Part shown: positions 61,489 to 64,000 of the stretch, piece after piece
Position numbering within the stretch: the stretch's first letter is position 1
How the letters are laid out: the number at the start of each line of letters is the position of its first letter
Assembly: GCA_963924565.1 (NCBI GenBank)
Contig: OZ004612.1
Coordinates: 12,276,001 to 12,340,000, forward strand
DNA: 64,000 bases
Source: Ascidiella aspersa
Lineage: Eukaryota
Direction of reading: 5' to 3'
Program-made: the position numbers and the translations under genes
Notes under the pieces: model-generated
What the model was told of the DNA's origin: nothing
What the model saw: the letters and a program-made list of their open reading frames with translations, nothing else
Databases searched by the model: none

Positions 61489-62730
61489 CAGTGGTTCCCA
61501 ACCGGGGAGGAATTTTATGAGTTCAGGGAAAGATTTTCAAAAAACTATAAAAAAATACTTTGGAAATGTTACAGAACATTTTTGTATATAAATTGGGGAT
61601 GTCTGTTATAATTTGGACCCGGTTCACATTTGGAACTGGTTGTAAAGTGTTCTGAAATTGACCTCCCTAATTATAAGGTATACTTGTAAAAACGGCCGCA
61701 TGCCACTATTCGGGCGGTAAAATTAATCAATTATTGTCGTAACAAAGTCCATTGTTTTGCCATGTTTATTTTTGACCATCAGGTGCTTCTCTATCACACT
61801 CAAACTCAATGGCTATCCAAACGAAACGTTGCGCGAAGAGTCTTTGAACTTAAAAGAGAATTAAAGGAATTTTGTAAACTTAAGAACAATATGGCGTATT
61901 ACTCTTGGCTAGATGATGAACAACGGATACTCTCTCTTGCTTATTTGTGTGATATATTTAAACAACTGAACAAACTCAACCTACAGATGCAGAGTAGAAA
62001 TACCAATATTATTAAGTTTGTTGATGCACTGAAGGCTTTCAAAGCTAAATTGACTAATTGGTAAAAAAAAAAAAACGTAATACAAAATTGTGCAATGTTT
62101 GAAAAACTGGATATGCTTGTGGATAGCAGAGGGAATAAAATGCCAGAGCTAATTAAAAAAGGAATTTTAAAGCATTTGTCAACCCTTGAGAAGGAATTCG
62201 AAAGATACTTTCCAGAGACATCTGGTGGAGACTTTGATTTTGTAAGAAATCCTTTTACATTTCCAGTCGAAAAGCTTTCAGATGAAAGTCAGGACGAATT
62301 TTTAGAGCTAAAGAATGACTCTTCGGCAAGGCAAGTGTATCAAGAAAAACTACTTCAACAGTTCAGAATTGGAATGAAAGATTCTTACCCCAAAACAACA
62401 GAAACAGCTTTTCGCATTCCTATTCCTTTTGTGTCGACTTACCTATGTGAGTCAGGATTTTCTGCTCTGTTGCAGATTAGGAGTAAACCAAGAAACAAAC
62501 TTGATGTTGAGGATGACTTGCGTTGTGCACTGTCACAAACCGCGCCGCGTATACAATTCATTTAAAAGCGCAAACAAGAGCAAATTTCGCATTGAGTTGT
62601 AGTGTGAAATAAATATAATTCAAAATGCTATATTTTTTACGTTATGTTTGTTTTTCGTTTTATAGGGAGGAATGAATAGTTCGAAAATGGGCAAAGGGAG
62701 GAATGTAACAAAAAAGGTTGGGAACCACTG
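61489..62730 (+). mobile_element. hAT Charlie/Buster-type DNA transposon, internally deleted
   Basis: Perfect 15-bp TIR CAGTGGTTCCCAACC / GGTTGGGAACCACTG; 8-bp TSD atctaaag/atctatag; GGGAGGAAT subterminal motifs; carries a C-terminal transposase fragment. Confidence 0.95.
61762..62595 (+). pseudogene. Truncated hAT transposase (ZBED8/SCAND3/FAM200-like) with two in-frame TAA stops
   Basis: LLYHTQTQWLS, LAYLCDIF..LNKLNLQMQ, FVRNPF, PFVSTYLCESGFS, RNKLDVEDDLRCALS, terminal QISH*. All in one frame, broken by TAA at 62062 and 62563. The N-terminal half is absent. Confidence 0.9.
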
Positions 62731-64000
62731 ATCTATAGATACCAGACTGGATTTAGTTCTTTTCATTCATCCATTTTTTTTGTTATATTACCTTTTCGGT
62801 CAGTAAAGCATTGCTAAACAATAGTTGTGTACACCTGTTATGCGGTAATTTAAATAATTACGCTAAATGATGTTTATAAACTATATTACGAGGTGAAACT
62901 ACAGTATCCAAAAAAGAAACCTTTTTTGCAATACTTTGTCTCTATGGAATATAAACACTATTCATTCTTTACTGTGGCCACGAAGCCTTGAACCCAATCC
63001 ACACTTTGGGCGACTCTAATTAATCCCGGGTCAAGTCGGCGGCGTGACGCAGACGCGTAACTGCAGGGCGTTGACCCGAGCCACTCGAATGAGCGCGCCC
63101 AGACGAGTCAAGGTTCAACGTGAGATCTGCTGCCCGAGCTCAGAAAGCGGTCGGGCGAGGAATTTCAGATTTCGAGTGTCCTCACTTGACCAAACCGACC
63201 ATTACCGGTTTAAGGCGGTCGCTGGTATTTTCGTACATGTGTTGTGGATTTAACGCCGAGACGAAAACACTCCGATGGTAACAATGTTTCGCAGAAAAAT
63301 TTGGCCGAACTTGCGAGCAAACAACAACAGCAGACCAACATGGAAAAGCAACCAAAGCCGGTCCCGACATAAGAACAAGGCCCCCAGGTATATGCATCAG
63401 CACTCGTCCAATTTAATAGCAAATTAAATAGGCGTTTTATCCAAGATTTTTATCCAACTTAAGATTATACTAGATCATAAGTTAAGAGAACAAAACACAT
63501 TAACAACAATTAATGTTAACTCCGTTAGAAAGAGTATAGCCCTCTCATATAGTTCTCAAATTTTGTTTGACTTGACTGGACCAATGACGTCATTTGGCAA
63601 CGAATTGGGTGATCGTATATTTTGCCCAGCTGCCGGGAAGTATCAGGCAACTCTACATCTATAGGAAGGAAGAAAACGTTTAAACAAATTTAGAACAATT
63701 ACACGCATACTAAAAATACACGTGAGTTAAAAAAAATCATTTATCGGGGTGATGCCATTATACGTTAGCCATTGAAAAAGCTTAAAAATCATGAAGCGGT
63801 TGTAACTGGCATTTTATTAACCATGCTCCTGCAGCAGTTCAAGGAACAGGAACATTTGTTGTGGTGGACGCTCTAACAAACACTATAAGAAAATAATGAA
63901 ACGTAAATGGAAGCTCAGAGCTCTTGGGATGCCCTTTTTATGTTGTAACAGATATTTAAAAAAAGGGAATTTTTAACGCAGTAAACAACGGCGAGCCACT

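Noticed and set aside
53000-64000. 60-120 aa ORFs (e.g. 56177, 58009, 59642, 63182) as nested genes
   Set aside because: No recognisable domains, consistent splice chain or codon bias.
1-64000. tRNA, rRNA, snRNA or tRNA-derived SINE
   Set aside because: No paired A/B boxes, cloverleaf or known structural RNA sequence recognised by eye; a tRNAscan/Infernal run would be needed to exclude them fully.

Overview
Eukaryotic (metazoan) genomic DNA. AT-rich introns, GC/CpG-rich exons, many hAT MITEs and chordate-like proteins suggest an invertebrate deuterostome, most likely a tunicate (inference). Three protein-coding genes were reconstructed by hand from GT-AG boundaries with consistent phases. 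(1) A SIPA1L/SPAR-family Rap GTPase-activating protein on the minus strand: 24 coding exons from ATG 25998 to 509, continuing off the left edge, with RapGAP and PDZ domains. (2) A complete 4-exon POLR2I/RPB9 on the plus strand (47188-48195). (3) The last five coding exons of a Tectonic (TCTN2-like) gene on the minus strand (52800-48760), whose next upstream intron appears to exceed 11 kb. Non-coding space holds more than a dozen non-autonomous DNA transposons (mostly hAT Charlie/Buster MITEs, several with perfect 8-bp TSDs), one dead internally deleted Charlie-type transposase element (61489-62730) and local tandem repeats. The most notable observations are: a ~155-bp palindrome made of two Penelope-type minimal hammerhead ribozyme motifs with a flanking 12-bp direct repeat; tandem duplications of 3' splice junctions in two SIPA1L introns; MITEs inserted exactly into predicted branch points; an unrecognised chain of short GT-AG introns head-to-head with POLR2I (lncRNA or small gene); and a perfect DR5 retinoic-acid-response-type element in the large Tectonic intron. 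No prokaryotic system or CRISPR array was seen.
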